NCBI GenBank assembly: GCA_003518055.1
Contig: DOZJ01000006.1
Coordinates: 43,837-107,836, forward strand
DNA: 64,000 nt
Direction: 5' to 3'
Source: Candidatus Falkowbacteria bacterium
GTDB lineage: Bacteria > Patescibacteriota > Patescibacteriia > UBA11705
Shown: positions 27,486 through 37,815 of the stretch, in pieces
How positions within the stretch are numbered: the first letter of the stretch is position 1
Layout of the letters: every line of letters starts with the position of its first letter
Notes under the pieces: model-generated
The model's database searches: none
The model's input: only the letters and a program-made list of their open reading frames with translations
What the model was told of the DNA's origin: nothing
Made by a program: the position numbers and the translations under genes

Positions 27486-29573
27486 TTAGATGTCGAGATT
27501 TTTCACAGTTTTGGCGTGCGTTTGGATAAAGCGTTTGCGGGGCGCAACTTCCGAGCCCATCAGGATGTCGAAAATTTGATCGGCTTTTTCGCCGTCTTCG
27601 ACGGTGACTTTTTTGAGCACGCGATTGGCCGGATCCATGGTGGTGTTCCAGAGCTGATCCGGATTCATTTCGCCGAGACCTTTGTAGCGCTGGATGTTGA
27701 CGCCTTTGAGCGCTTCATCATGAATTTCAATGTGTTCAACCACGGAGTCATCAGAAGTTTCGGTTTCCGGCTCAGTCTCGTCGGTTTCAACCGGTTTTTT
27801 GGCTGGTGTTTCGTCTTTGATTTTTTTGAATTTTTCCAGCACCTGCTCCAATTCTTCGTCAGAGTAAACATACTCGGCCACTTTGCCTTTTTTGACTTGG
27901 TAGAGAGGCGGTTGAGCAATGTATAGATTGCCATGGTAAATCAGTGGGCTGAAATATCGGAAGAATAAAGTTAATAGTAGGGTTCGAATGTGAGCGCCGT
28001 CAACGTCGGCATCAGTCATAATAATGACCTTGCCGTAGCGGAGGTTTTCAATGTTCATCTGCTCGCCAAAATTGGTGCCAAGAGCAATAATGAGCGATTT
28101 AACTTCATTGTTGGCCAACATTTTGTCGATGCGGGCTTTTTCAATGTTGATGATTTTACCTCGAAGCGGAAGGATGGCTTGAAATTCTCGGTTGCGGCCT
28201 TGTTTGGCTGAGCCGCCGGCCGAGTCGCCCTCGACGATATACAATTCACACTTGTCAGGTTCTCGTGATGAGCAGTCAGCCAGTTTACCGGGGAGAGATA
28301 AACTTTCGAGTACGCCTTTGCGCAGAACCGTATCACGGGCCGCTCGGGACGCTTTGCGGGCTTGGGCGGCGAGGAGCGATTTCCCGATGATGGCTTCGGC
28401 GTCTTTGGGGTGTTCTTCCAAAAATATTTCCAGCGATTCGGTTACCAGCTGGTCAACGACGGGTTTTACTTCGGCGTTGCCGAGTTTGGCTTTGGTTTGG
28501 CCTTCGAATTGAGGATCTTTGACTTTGATCGAGATGATTGACGTCAAACCCTCACGGACGTCGTCGCCGGAGAGATTTTCATCTTTTTCTTTGAGTAGAT
28601 TGTGTTTGCGTGCGTAGGAATTGAGCGTTCGGGTCAAGGCGGTGCGGAAACCGGCCACGTGCGTGCCGCCTTCGGGGTTGATGATATTGTTGGTGAAGGC
28701 GATGACGGTTTCAGTGAATTCTTGAATATAGCGAATGGCCACTTCGACTTGAATATCGTCGGCGGTTTTGTCAACATAAAAAATATTGTCATGGGCCGGT
28801 TTGTCTTGGCGGTTCAAATGACGAACATATGATCCAATACCGCCTTCGAAGAAGAACGAGAATTGTTTTCTGTTTTGGGGATCTCTCAGATCAAAAGCCA
28901 TAATCCGTATACCCTTGGTAAGATAGGCTTGCTGGCGCAAATAAGTTAAAACTTTGTCCCAGCTGAATTCAGTAACAGTGAAAATAGTTTTGTCAGGTAA
29001 AAATGATACCGAAGTTCCGTTGGTAAAAGATTCTTCCGGCGCCCATGGGTCGATTTTTTTCGGTTTAGTTACCGGTCCGACAAGTTTGACTTTTTTTTGC
29101 GGGATGCCGATGTGAAATTCCTGCTCATAAATATTGCCGTCGCGGCGGATGACGGCTCTGGTCCAAGTGGATAAAGCATTGACCACGGATACGCCGACAC
29201 CATGGAGGCCGCCGGAAACTTTGTAGCCGCCTTGACCGAATTTACCGCCGGCGTGAAGTTTGGTCATAACCGTTTCCAAGGCTGAAACGCCGGTCGCTTT
29301 GTGTTTTTCGACCGGAATGCCGCGGCCATTGTCAATGACCGTGACTGAATTGTCCGAATTGATTTTGACCACGATGTCAGTACAAAAACCGGCCATGGCT
29401 TCATCGATGGAATTGTTGACAACTTCCCAAATTAAATGGTGCAGACCTTCGCTTGCCGTATTGCCGATATACATACCGGGCCGTTTGCGCACCGGATCCA
29501 AACCTTCAAGTACGGTAATTTGTTCAGCGCCGTATTCGTCGGCGCCTTTTTGGACGGATTTTTTTGGTGACAT
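27486..29573 (-). CDS. gyrB: DNA gyrase subunit B
   Basis: VRKRPGMYIG, GGLHGVGVSVVNALS, EGDSAGG, PLRGK, MTDADVDG and RYKGLGEM motifs. Confidence 0.97.
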   Translation of the reverse strand: MSPKKSVQKGADEYGAEQITVLEGLDPVRKRPGMYIGNTASEGLHHLIWEVVNNSIDEAMAGFCTDIVVKINSDNSVTVIDNGRGIPVEKHKATGVSALETVMTKLHAGGKFGQGGYKVSGGLHGVGVSVVNALSTWTRAVIRRDGNIYEQEFHIGIPQKKVKLVGPVTKPKKIDPWAPEESFTNGTSVSFLPDKTIFTVTEFSWDKVLTYLRQQAYLTKGIRIMAFDLRDPQNRKQFSFFFEGGIGSYVRHLNRQDKPAHDNIFYVDKTADDIQVEVAIRYIQEFTETVIAFTNNIINPEGGTHVAGFRTALTRTLNSYARKHNLLKEKDENLSGDDVREGLTSIISIKVKDPQFEGQTKAKLGNAEVKPVVDQLVTESLEIFLEEHPKDAEAIIGKSLLAAQARKASRAARDTVLRKGVLESLSLPGKLADCSSREPDKCELYIVEGDSAGGSAKQGRNREFQAILPLRGKIINIEKARIDKMLANNEVKSLIIALGTNFGEQMNIENLRYGKVIIMTDADVDGAHIRTLLLTLFFRYFSPLIYHGNLYIAQPPLYQVKKGKVAEYVYSDEELEQVLEKFKKIKDETPAKKPVETDETEPETETSDDSVVEHIEIHDEALKGVNIQRYKGLGEMNPDQLWNTTMDPANRVLKKVTVEDGEKADQIFDILMGSEVAPRKRFIQTHAKTVKNLDI

Positions 29574-29740
29574 ATTAAAAATAGCTTTTAGCCATTAGCT
29601 TGTAGCTTTTAGGGTAAATGATTGTTAAATATATAGCTATAATAGCAGAGAGAGTAAAATTTGTTAAGTAAAATTAGAAATAATATGTTCATAACATTTT
29701 GGCTGAATGGGAATAAAGTGGTATAATTTTGATAATTGGA

Positions 29741-30733
29741 ATGGGTAAAATTAAGACAAGAAACGACCGAGTAGAGAGAGAGCCGTCATCAGCTGGGCGG
29801 CGCGCAGAAAAATTAAGCGGCTATATTGACATGTTTGGTCAAAACAAAACAACAACTCCGCCGAAAACCGAATATACGCCGACCGGGACTCAGTTGTCGG
29901 CGGACAAATTAAAGTTCGGTTATTGGTTTGTGAAACATCGATTAATGATTCGACGGATTTTTATTTTGACTCTCGTAGGGGTGGATGCAATTTTGGTCAT
30001 TGCGGTTTTATATGGTTTCTTGAATTTGTTTTTGTTGTCTCGAGCGACAGAGCAAAGGATGGAGCTCGAGTTGTCAGCGCCCAAACTGAGTTATGACACG
30101 TTGTGGCAAATCAACCAGCCAATAGCGTTAGTTGTATCCGGCTCCGGGGCGTTTGTGAATGGGGCGGGCAAGTATGATTTTTGGGCGGAAGTGGAAAATA
30201 CCAATGCCAACTGGTATGCCAAAGAAGTTAAATATCATTTTGAAGCCGGGGAGACGGTGACCGCCACTAAAATTGATTATATTTTACCGGCCTCGGTTCA
30301 TTATATTCTTGATTTGGGTGCTGAGACGCAGGCGGCTCCAAATGCGGTTTTGGTGCTTGAAGACGTGAAGTGGGAGAAGGTGGCGGATTATGAAAAATTA
30401 CGAGATAAAATTTTAAATATAGAAGTACTGGAACCGAGGTTTATTCCAAGCGGTCAAAGCACATTGTCCGGCAATACCGGCGTCAGTCGAGTGGAGTTCA
30501 AAGCGAAAAACAGCAGCGCATATAATTTTTGGCAAATAGATTTTGTGGTGATGTTGATTCGAGGTAATTCCGCTGTCTTTATCAACAAAGTTCCGGTACG
30601 GGATTTTCGATCAGGGCAGGAAAAGAATATTTCATTTAATATTTATCAAAATTTGTCCGGCACCGGCGAGGTCAGAGTGCTGCCGGCCGTGGACATATTA
30701 AATCCGGAGAGTTTTCGCGGGTTTGATTTGTGA
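29741..30733 (+). CDS. hypothetical membrane-anchored protein with beta-rich (Ig-like) external domains
   Basis: One TM followed by a beta-rich region; start could be 29831. Confidence 0.7.
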   Translation: MGKIKTRNDRVEREPSSAGRRAEKLSGYIDMFGQNKTTTPPKTEYTPTGTQLSADKLKFGYWFVKHRLMIRRIFILTLVGVDAILVIAVLYGFLNLFLLSRATEQRMELELSAPKLSYDTLWQINQPIALVVSGSGAFVNGAGKYDFWAEVENTNANWYAKEVKYHFEAGETVTATKIDYILPASVHYILDLGAETQAAPNAVLVLEDVKWEKVADYEKLRDKILNIEVLEPRFIPSGQSTLSGNTGVSRVEFKAKNSSAYNFWQIDFVVMLIRGNSAVFINKVPVRDFRSGQEKNISFNIYQNLSGTGEVRVLPAVDILNPESFRGFDL

Positions 30734-30947
30734 CTTGATCAAAGTTTAAAGCCTTCGATCTTGTTTGTGTTTCCGGTTTGGCAAAGGGGAATGTTCATAT
30801 AAATTCGGCGAATTGAGTTTATACTGTGACTGCGGAGATTCCGCATTTTTTGTTAAATTGAATTTTGGGGATAAATGGGCTACAATTGGGGTACTTGTGA
30901 GGGAAGAAAAATAAATGGGTTATAGGTTATAACCAGAAAAATTATTT

Positions 30948-32045
30948 ATGGTGATTGGTTCGCTGTCGGAAAAACTAAGAAAATTTGATTGGGTGCTTTT
31001 TGGCGCTGTTTTTTTGATGTTGGTGATCGGTTTTACGGCGCTGTATTCGGTCAGTCTGGGACAAGAACCGTTGGATTTTTCCAATGTTAAAAAACAAATT
31101 ATTTTTGCTGTTGTGGGGATGTTGTTTTTGTTTGTCGCCAGTTTATTCAATTATTCCGCATTCAGATTATATAGCCGATATTTGTTCTTGCTCAGTTTGA
31201 TTCTATTAGTTGCGGTTTTATTGTTCGGGTCAACAATTCGCGGGACGACGGGCTGGCTGTCTATATTTGGCTGGCGGTTTCAACCGGTGGAATTGGTGAA
31301 AATCGCGTTGATATTATTTTTGGCCAGATTTTTCGCTCATCGATACCAGCAATTTCAGGAGCCTCGGCATCTTGTGGTCAGTTTTGTCGGTACAATTATT
31401 ATGGTTGGATTGGTTTTGCTTCAGCCGGATGTTGGATCGGCGGCGGTGTTGTTTGGCATCTGGTTGATTATGTTGATTCTTTCCGGCGTGCGGGTTCGGT
31501 ATTTATTGATGATGGGACTCATAATGCTGGTCGCAATTACATCCATGTGGGGTTTTGGGTTGAAGGATTATCAAAAGGATCGAGTTTTGACTTTTATTGA
31601 TCCCACGCTTGATCCCCTTGGCAGCGGTTATAATGTAACTCAAGCTATTATCGCGGTCGGTTCGGGCGGATTTTGGGGCCGGGGATTGGGTTTTGGCTCC
31701 CAGAGTCAGCTCAAATTTATTCCGGAAAGCCAGACTGACTTTGTGTTCGCGGTGGTGGCGGAGGAATTGGGATTTTTTGGCGTAACTTTGTTGCTCGGAT
31801 TGTGGGTGTTGATTTTTTACCGGTTAATCCGAATCGCCAAACGAGCCAGAGATGATTTCGGGATGTATATGGTGCTCGGGATCAGCGCGATGTTTTTTAT
31901 TCATTTAATGGTTAATGTGGGCATGAATATGGGCTTGCTGCCGGTTACCGGTATTTCTTTGCCGTTTGTCAGTCTCGGGGGCAGTTTTTTGCTGACCAGT
32001 CTGTTCACGATTGGGATGGCTCAGAGCGTGGCGGTGAATACGTGA
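30948..32045 (+). CDS. rodA: rod shape-determining protein RodA (SEDS family)
   Basis: FQPVELVK, LQPDVG, GYNVTQAIIAVGSGG, PESQTDF..AEELG and LPVTGISLPFVSLGGS motifs. Confidence 0.93.
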   Translation: MVIGSLSEKLRKFDWVLFGAVFLMLVIGFTALYSVSLGQEPLDFSNVKKQIIFAVVGMLFLFVASLFNYSAFRLYSRYLFLLSLILLVAVLLFGSTIRGTTGWLSIFGWRFQPVELVKIALILFLARFFAHRYQQFQEPRHLVVSFVGTIIMVGLVLLQPDVGSAAVLFGIWLIMLILSGVRVRYLLMMGLIMLVAITSMWGFGLKDYQKDRVLTFIDPTLDPLGSGYNVTQAIIAVGSGGFWGRGLGFGSQSQLKFIPESQTDFVFAVVAEELGFFGVTLLLGLWVLIFYRLIRIAKRARDDFGMYMVLGISAMFFIHLMVNVGMNMGLLPVTGISLPFVSLGGSFLLTSLFTIGMAQSVAVNT

Positions 32046-32087
32046 GTTAGGCGAAAGGCTAATTTGACCAAATAACCAACAACCGAT

Positions 32088-32600
32088 ATGAAACTGAAAG
32101 ATAAAAGCAACTTACTTCTGTTTATATTACCAATCTTATTCGTTGCACTTCATTATTTTGTTTACTTAGGAAATTATCAGTCACCTTTTGATGGTAACGA
32201 AGCATTTCCAGATTGGTTTATTCTAGTCAGTAATGATCCAGAGCCGCTGAATATAGAAAAAATAGTCCGATCAAAATCTGTCTATCCAAACTATTTTCAT
32301 CCATTCCAAAATTTTGAATATCACTATACAGAAAAATCAGGCAATGAAACTGTTATTATAGAACAAGGATCGATGTTTTCGACCGACATGAAAACTATCG
32401 CTGGTGATCCAGCTACTTACGACGAAGAAAATGTTGACGGAATGTTTTATCGGGGATTTGGAGTCGGAGATTATCCAAACGAACTATTTTTTCTAGTTCA
32501 GTACTTAATAATCGTTGTTTTTGTCTTAATTAATGTTAAGAAAATCATCAAATTTAAGAATCAAATTCGCCACCAAACTTCAGTTATTCATGGACGTTAA
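32088..32600 (+). CDS. hypothetical membrane protein of atypical composition
   Basis: N- and C-terminal TM segments; AT-rich and lacking the local G/T skew. Confidence 0.65.
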   Translation: MKLKDKSNLLLFILPILFVALHYFVYLGNYQSPFDGNEAFPDWFILVSNDPEPLNIEKIVRSKSVYPNYFHPFQNFEYHYTEKSGNETVIIEQGSMFSTDMKTIAGDPATYDEENVDGMFYRGFGVGDYPNELFFLVQYLIIVVFVLINVKKIIKFKNQIRHQTSVIHGR

Positions 32601-32707
32601 ATAAAAGTGGAAGTGGTGAAGTGGCAGAATTGACGCGTTTGAGTCGGTTTTTGACTTTGCCGCCGATAATAGCTATACTTAAATTATAAGCAGAAACGAG
32701 ATATAAT

Positions 32708-33028
32708 ATGATGAATAATCAAGATCAGCTGAAAATAATTTCCAATTGTCCGGTTTGCGACAGCCGAAACTTTCCGTCGCAGATCAAAATATTACAAGAA
32801 AGAGAAAATTCTCATTTGCTCTATGTCCAATGCCGCCGCTGCAAAAGCCGCGTGCTGGTGTTGATTACAGCGCATCCAAACGGGATCAGTTCAATCGGAC
32901 TGCTGACGGATTTGAGCAGCGACGAGGTGATCAAATTTTCAACTCAAGAGCCGATAAACCACGATGACGTTTTGGAGTTTTATGAGCAATTATATGCGGC
33001 CAAGAAGGATTTTTTTGAGGTAATTTAG
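32708..33028 (+). CDS. zinc-ribbon hypothetical protein
   Basis: CPVC...CRRC; promoter TTGACT-17-TATACT upstream. Confidence 0.75.
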   Translation: MMNNQDQLKIISNCPVCDSRNFPSQIKILQERENSHLLYVQCRRCKSRVLVLITAHPNGISSIGLLTDLSSDEVIKFSTQEPINHDDVLEFYEQLYAAKKDFFEVI

Positions 33029-33140
33029 ATAAAAAATATTTAATTTGATCTCTGCTTGGGGCAGAGATTTTTTTTCAAGAATTGACAAAGACTGGAGATT
33101 GGTTTATAATCGGGGATGTTTAATCAATAAATATTACTTT

Positions 33141-33827
33141 ATGCAAGTATTCAATGTGGCTGCGGCCAAACGATTGGAGATGGGCAAAAAAGTCAAAACG
33201 CTGCGAGCTGAAGGCCAGTGTCCGGCGGTGATTTACGGTCCGGAGTTAAAGGAAAATGTGTATATCAAGATGCGTGAAGCGGATATGCGCAAATTGTACA
33301 ATGAGGCCGGTGAGAGCAGCATTATCAACTTGACGGTTGAGGGTGCGAAAGAACCGATGGAGGTTTTGATCAAGGATGTTGAGTATGATCCGATTACACA
33401 GTTTGTGACCCATGTTGATTTTTATAAAATCAAGCGCGGTCAGAAAATTGAAGCTTCGGTTGAACTCAAATTCATTGGTGAAGCTCCGGCGGTTAAAATT
33501 TTGGGCGGTGTCTTGGTGGTGTCTATCGATGAAGTGACCATCAAGTGTTTGCCAAAAGATTTGATGTCGGAAATTCAAGTAGATTTGAGCGGATTGAAGA
33601 CGTTTGAAGATTCAATTCACATCAAGGATTTGAATTTGACTGAGGGCGTGGAAATCATGGCTGATGCCAATGAGACCGTAGCCGCCGTGTCTGAGATCAA
33701 GGAAGAAGTGATTGAAGATAAAGCGCCGGTGGTGGATATGCCAAAGCCTGAAGAAGGTAAAGAAGGAAAAGAGGGTGATGACAAAGCTAAAACCGAGGAA
33801 AAGCCAGCTGGAAATCAGAAAAAGTAA
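33141..33827 (+). CDS. rplY: 50S ribosomal protein L25 (Ctc form)
   Basis: LR..G..PAVIYG, HVDFY and G.APAVK..GG motifs; TTGACA-17-TATAAT promoter upstream. Confidence 0.95.
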   Translation: MQVFNVAAAKRLEMGKKVKTLRAEGQCPAVIYGPELKENVYIKMREADMRKLYNEAGESSIINLTVEGAKEPMEVLIKDVEYDPITQFVTHVDFYKIKRGQKIEASVELKFIGEAPAVKILGGVLVVSIDEVTIKCLPKDLMSEIQVDLSGLKTFEDSIHIKDLNLTEGVEIMADANETVAAVSEIKEEVIEDKAPVVDMPKPEEGKEGKEGDDKAKTEEKPAGNQKK

Positions 33828-33960
33828 GAATTTAACGTTAAGTTGTTTCAGATAAAAGAATGCCGTATAATTGAGATGCGGCGTTCTTTGTTTTAAATTG
33901 ATGATTGGTGAATAGTTTGAAAACAAGATATATATAGTAAAATATTAATTGATAATATCC

Positions 33961-35049
33961 ATGACGAAAAAAAATGACCAGCAGAAATTTATGATTCCGG
34001 TTAAGTATATTTGGGCGGCGGGGATTGGTGTCGGGGGGGTGATAATAATCGCGGCCGTTTTTTGGTTTTGGCCGAGAAATCAGAATATTCAGCCGACAAA
34101 TAATAATGAATCAAACGAACAGGTTGCTGTGGAGTGTGATTTCCGCGGTAATTTGGATGGGTTGTGTCGGGAATTTGAGGACAAAGCCATACCGATAGCG
34201 GTGATGATTGATAATCACGCGGAGGCGCGGCCGCCGGTTGGAATTGATAAAGCGTCGGTGGTGTTTGAAGCGATTGCCGAGGGTACAATTACTCGGCTGG
34301 TAGCGGTGTTTGATTCAAATACCGTGCCAACCGATATTGGTCCGGTCAGATCGGCTCGGCCGTATTTTGTTGATTACGCGACCGAGTTTGGCGCGGTTTA
34401 TGTCCATGTCGGCGGCAGCGATGACGCCTTGGCGTTGCTCAGGAGTCGAGCATCGGTTTATGATTTGAATGAATTTTCGAATGGTCAATATTTTTGGCGT
34501 GATAATTCTCGGTACGCGCCGCACAACGTAATGACATCGAGTGAATTGGTGAAAAGAGCGATGACGGCCAAATCGTGGCCGACTGAGGGTGCGTTTGGGG
34601 TCTGGGTTTTCCGGCCGGAAGCGGAGTTGGATAATCGAGGCCGGATGACAAGCGCGTATATTGATTATCGCAGCCCAGCGCATAATGTGTTGTGGGAATA
34701 CAACCGAGACTTAAATGTTTATGAGCGCAGTCAAGGCGGACGTAAGCATAAAACTGCCGACGGTAGCCAACTCATGGCCAAAAATATCGCGGTGATTTAC
34801 TCGGAAAGTGCGCCAATTGATGATTACGGCCGGCGTGAAACCCAAACAATCGGTTCGGGCCGCGCCGTGGTGCTGCAAGAGGGGCTGGTGATCGAGGCTG
34901 AGTGGAGACGGGATAATTTGAATCAGCGAACTCGATTTTATCACAAACAAACACAGGCCGAGATCAGTTTTGTGCCGGGGCAGACGTGGATTGAAATTTT
35001 GCCGGATCATTTTCCGGATTTAACTATTGAATATCCTGATGAAGAATAA
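33961..35049 (+). CDS. DUF3048-family membrane-anchored protein
   Basis: AVMIDNH..ARP, EGTITRL, GPVRSAR.Y and APHNV motifs. Confidence 0.85.
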   Translation: MTKKNDQQKFMIPVKYIWAAGIGVGGVIIIAAVFWFWPRNQNIQPTNNNESNEQVAVECDFRGNLDGLCREFEDKAIPIAVMIDNHAEARPPVGIDKASVVFEAIAEGTITRLVAVFDSNTVPTDIGPVRSARPYFVDYATEFGAVYVHVGGSDDALALLRSRASVYDLNEFSNGQYFWRDNSRYAPHNVMTSSELVKRAMTAKSWPTEGAFGVWVFRPEAELDNRGRMTSAYIDYRSPAHNVLWEYNRDLNVYERSQGGRKHKTADGSQLMAKNIAVIYSESAPIDDYGRRETQTIGSGRAVVLQEGLVIEAEWRRDNLNQRTRFYHKQTQAEISFVPGQTWIEILPDHFPDLTIEYPDEE

Positions 35050-35761
35050 TTTAAACAATTTGTGGTGGCTGATTTTGGTGGTAATATTCGGGTCGGCAGC
35101 CTTGATTTGGGTTTATAATTTGGTTCAAGGCCGAAATCTAGCCAAACCGCCGGTGTTTGATTTGTCGATATACTCTGAAATGAGGCTGCCGTCTCCGGAT
35201 GAGGTGTTCAAAGGCGCGTGGATTGAAGAGGATCAGCTGATTGAAAAACAACTTGAAACGGAGAGTGTGGTGCCGAATGATAAGGCGGATGATTTTGTGT
35301 ATCAGTTCAACAGCCTTTATTTTACTCGATATTTCACAGGTAAAACGCCGGACGAGACAAATAAAAATATCAAAAATTTTGTTAATGATTTTCCGTGGCT
35401 GGCATCATTTGAAATTAGAGATTTGGCGGCGCGGAAATGTTTCGTGGTGGTTCTAACTTTGGCGCCGGAGAAGCGAGGCGCGACGTTGTCATGGCTCAAA
35501 TCAGAGCCGTCGGTGGCGTCGGTTGAACCAAGTTCTAATGGAGCGCCGGAGTTTGATTTGTGTTTCAAGGCGGATCAGTATAGATTGATGGTGGAAGAAT
35601 TTTTGATTGACAATAACGTGACTTTGGTTGAACCGGAAAAGCCGATGGAGTATGCGGCTGTGATTAATCTCGGGGATGGGTTTGTAAAATATAAAACTGA
35701 GCTTGATCTATTGCAGAAAGAGTATTCGGATGTGGTGAAGGTGGTGGGGGGTGAACTGTAA
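35039..35761 (+). CDS. hypothetical protein with N-terminal TM
   Basis: Overlaps the DUF3048 gene stop; hydrophobic N-terminus. Confidence 0.7.
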   Translation: MKNNLNNLWWLILVVIFGSAALIWVYNLVQGRNLAKPPVFDLSIYSEMRLPSPDEVFKGAWIEEDQLIEKQLETESVVPNDKADDFVYQFNSLYFTRYFTGKTPDETNKNIKNFVNDFPWLASFEIRDLAARKCFVVVLTLAPEKRGATLSWLKSEPSVASVEPSSNGAPEFDLCFKADQYRLMVEEFLIDNNVTLVEPEKPMEYAAVINLGDGFVKYKTELDLLQKEYSDVVKVVGGEL

Positions 35762-35900
35762 CTACCCGCCTACGCTCTTACTTCCACCTACGCATAACGC
35801 TTATGCCTTCGCTAAAGCTATGGCATACAGGTCGGTGGACAGGGCGTAGAGCTACGGCGCCTGCCTGCCGGTAGGCAGGGGCGCGGCGGAAGTTTGGCGG
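35755..35900 (+). repeat. nested composite of four hairpin mini-elements
   Basis: cccgcctacgctct..agagctacggcg contains tccacctacgc..cggtggaCAGG, which contains tatgccttcgctaaagctatggcataCAGG; 20-bp palindrome at 35860-35879. Confidence 0.8.
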
Positions 35901-36005
35901 GGTAATGGCAAGTTTTAGTTAGGGTTATAGCAAGCAATCTTGACGAGGTTGTTTTTTGTTCATATGATTTGGTGGTGACAGTCACCATCAAGAGGAGGGC
36001 GGATA

Positions 36006-36332
36006 ATGACCAAAGCCAATGAGATGAGTTTTTGTGAGCTGGTTAATGATCAATTAAGTACTGATTTGGAAGTATGGTGGGAGTTTAGCCGTCGATTTAT
36101 GTGTTGTTATGTCGATTCACGTCTGCCGGAAGAAAAAAAATCCGGTTCGAGAGAAATGATTGAAATGATGAAGAATACGCGGCCGGTGTTGTATCACATG
36201 GCGATAGCTGTCAGTCAGCATTTTCATGTTGAATTGACCATGGCAGAAATTTTGGATGGGCAAAGAAGAGCTCAGGCTGAGAATGAAGACAGATATGCCC
36301 GAGGGCATATGGTGAGCGATCCGAGAGATTGA
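36006..36332 (+). CDS. hypothetical protein (orphan)
   Basis: Promoter TTGACG-17-TATGAT (35940-35968), AGGAGG SD, bidirectional terminator. Confidence 0.7.
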   Translation: MTKANEMSFCELVNDQLSTDLEVWWEFSRRFMCCYVDSRLPEEKKSGSREMIEMMKNTRPVLYHMAIAVSQHFHVELTMAEILDGQRRAQAENEDRYARGHMVSDPRD

Positions 36333-36396
36333 GTTAATTGAATTTGAATAAAAAAATCACGAAAAATCGTGATTTGTTTTTATATTATATTTCAGC

Positions 36397-37095
36397 TTAT
36401 TCTGTTAAAACCATGAGTGAGTAGCCGCCAAGCAGCCGGACGGTAAAATCAGGGTTAAGTTTGAATAATATTCGGCGGGGGAGGCGGAGTAGGCGGGAAC
36501 TCAGAGATTTGGCGGGCAGATCAATGGATCCGGCGGTATAAAAATAGTCAATGATTTTGTAGCCGGTCTCGGTCAAAGACGCGAGAGCCGTGTCTTTGGT
36601 GAAGTAGTGGAGATGACCAACATCGCGGCGCTGGTCGATTATCGGACGGCCGCGCAGGACTGATTGAGCTGATAGATCAAGCGGCAGATGAAAGATTTTA
36701 TATTTACCTTTGGTCCGAAGCTGCCGCAGGAAGGACAGATAGTCTTCAACATGTTCGACCACATCAATCGCTAGGACAAGATCGTAGCTGATATTCGGTT
36801 CGGTTAGAAGGTCTTTTAGGTGAAATTTCAGCCGGTCGTTTTGTTTTGGCCGGCACAACTCGATCGCTTGAGGCGATAGTTCATAACCGGTAAAGATGGT
36901 GGTGTCCGGCAGTTGTTGATAAAGCTGATTGAGAATTTCACCCGCGCCGCAGCCTATTTCCGCGATTGATAGGGAAGTTAGGTTGTTTTGGCGCATCATT
37001 TTGAGAATTTGGCCGGCTTTCCACGGAGAATCCTCGACATGCCAAGTGGGATTTTTTTCCAGGTATTCATTTGAGGTATACATCTGATCGCTCAT
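36397..37095 (-). CDS. class I SAM-dependent methyltransferase
   Basis: EIGCGAG and DVVEHV motifs. Confidence 0.88.
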   Translation of the reverse strand: MSDQMYTSNEYLEKNPTWHVEDSPWKAGQILKMMRQNNLTSLSIAEIGCGAGEILNQLYQQLPDTTIFTGYELSPQAIELCRPKQNDRLKFHLKDLLTEPNISYDLVLAIDVVEHVEDYLSFLRQLRTKGKYKIFHLPLDLSAQSVLRGRPIIDQRRDVGHLHYFTKDTALASLTETGYKIIDYFYTAGSIDLPAKSLSSRLLRLPRRILFKLNPDFTVRLLGGYSLMVLTE

Positions 37096-37113
37096 AAAAT
37101 TTAGGTTAGATGA

Positions 37114-37413
37114 TTAGCCCGCGATATTATCAGGATCAAGTTGTTTTAGGGGTTTGAGAGTTCTTTTAGTTATCAGTTTAAGCAGCAACAGAGATAGACT
37201 AAGGCTGGCTTCAACCGAGGTGAAAATCATAATCGGTTTGCTGCCGATGCCAAAACCATAAATGACAAAAACCACCAAGCCGACAAACAGCAGGGAATTC
37301 CAGACTAATGAAATATCGTCGGTGGATTTGGTTTTCCATGATTTAATTACTTGAGGCGCAAGGGCTGACGCGATGATAGCGGTACCGATGTGGCCGATAA
37401 TTTCGATCTCCAT
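37114..37413 (-). CDS. SemiSWEET/PQ-loop family transporter
   Basis: PQVIKSWKTKSTDDIS motif; 3 TM segments. Confidence 0.88.
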   Translation of the reverse strand: MEIEIIGHIGTAIIASALAPQVIKSWKTKSTDDISLVWNSLLFVGLVVFVIYGFGIGSKPIMIFTSVEASLSLSLLLLKLITKRTLKPLKQLDPDNIAG

Positions 37414-37575
37414 GATAGTTTGATGTTTGATGACAAACGATTAAAAATAAATTGTAATTTTGATTATAGCAAATAGAGGTTGTTATGCAATACTAAGAGA
37501 GGATAACAATTGACAATTTTTGCGGCTTGTGATATTGTGTGTTGTTGTGGATTTGTTCACAAAGTGGAGGCGAAG

Positions 37576-37812
37576 ATGCGGACGATACGAGAGTTCAAGA
37601 CACAGGTGCAGGCATTGGCCGGAGTTAAAAGCACAGGTCAATTTTGCGGCCTGTCGGAGGCGCATCGAACTTTTTGGAAGGTATTGAATACCCTCGGGTG
37701 GCGGTTGAGAACTCAGGAGCCGGAGCAGACAACTGACGTGGATGCGACGGCGTTTCTGTCTGACACGGAGTGGCGTGAACTCGAGACCGAATTCTGGGCG
37801 CTCGGGAGGTGA
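37576..37812 (+). CDS. hypothetical protein (orphan)
   Basis: Promoter TTGACA-17-TATTGT (37510-37538); GGAGG SD. Confidence 0.6.
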   Translation: MRTIREFKTQVQALAGVKSTGQFCGLSEAHRTFWKVLNTLGWRLRTQEPEQTTDVDATAFLSDTEWRELETEFWALGR

Positions 37813-37815
37813 AGG

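Noticed and set aside
27730-27830. Mobile insertion in gyrB (acidic ETDETEPETETSDD stretch)
   Set aside because: It falls in the variable Toprim insertion region of GyrB and has no hairpin or repeat-family match.
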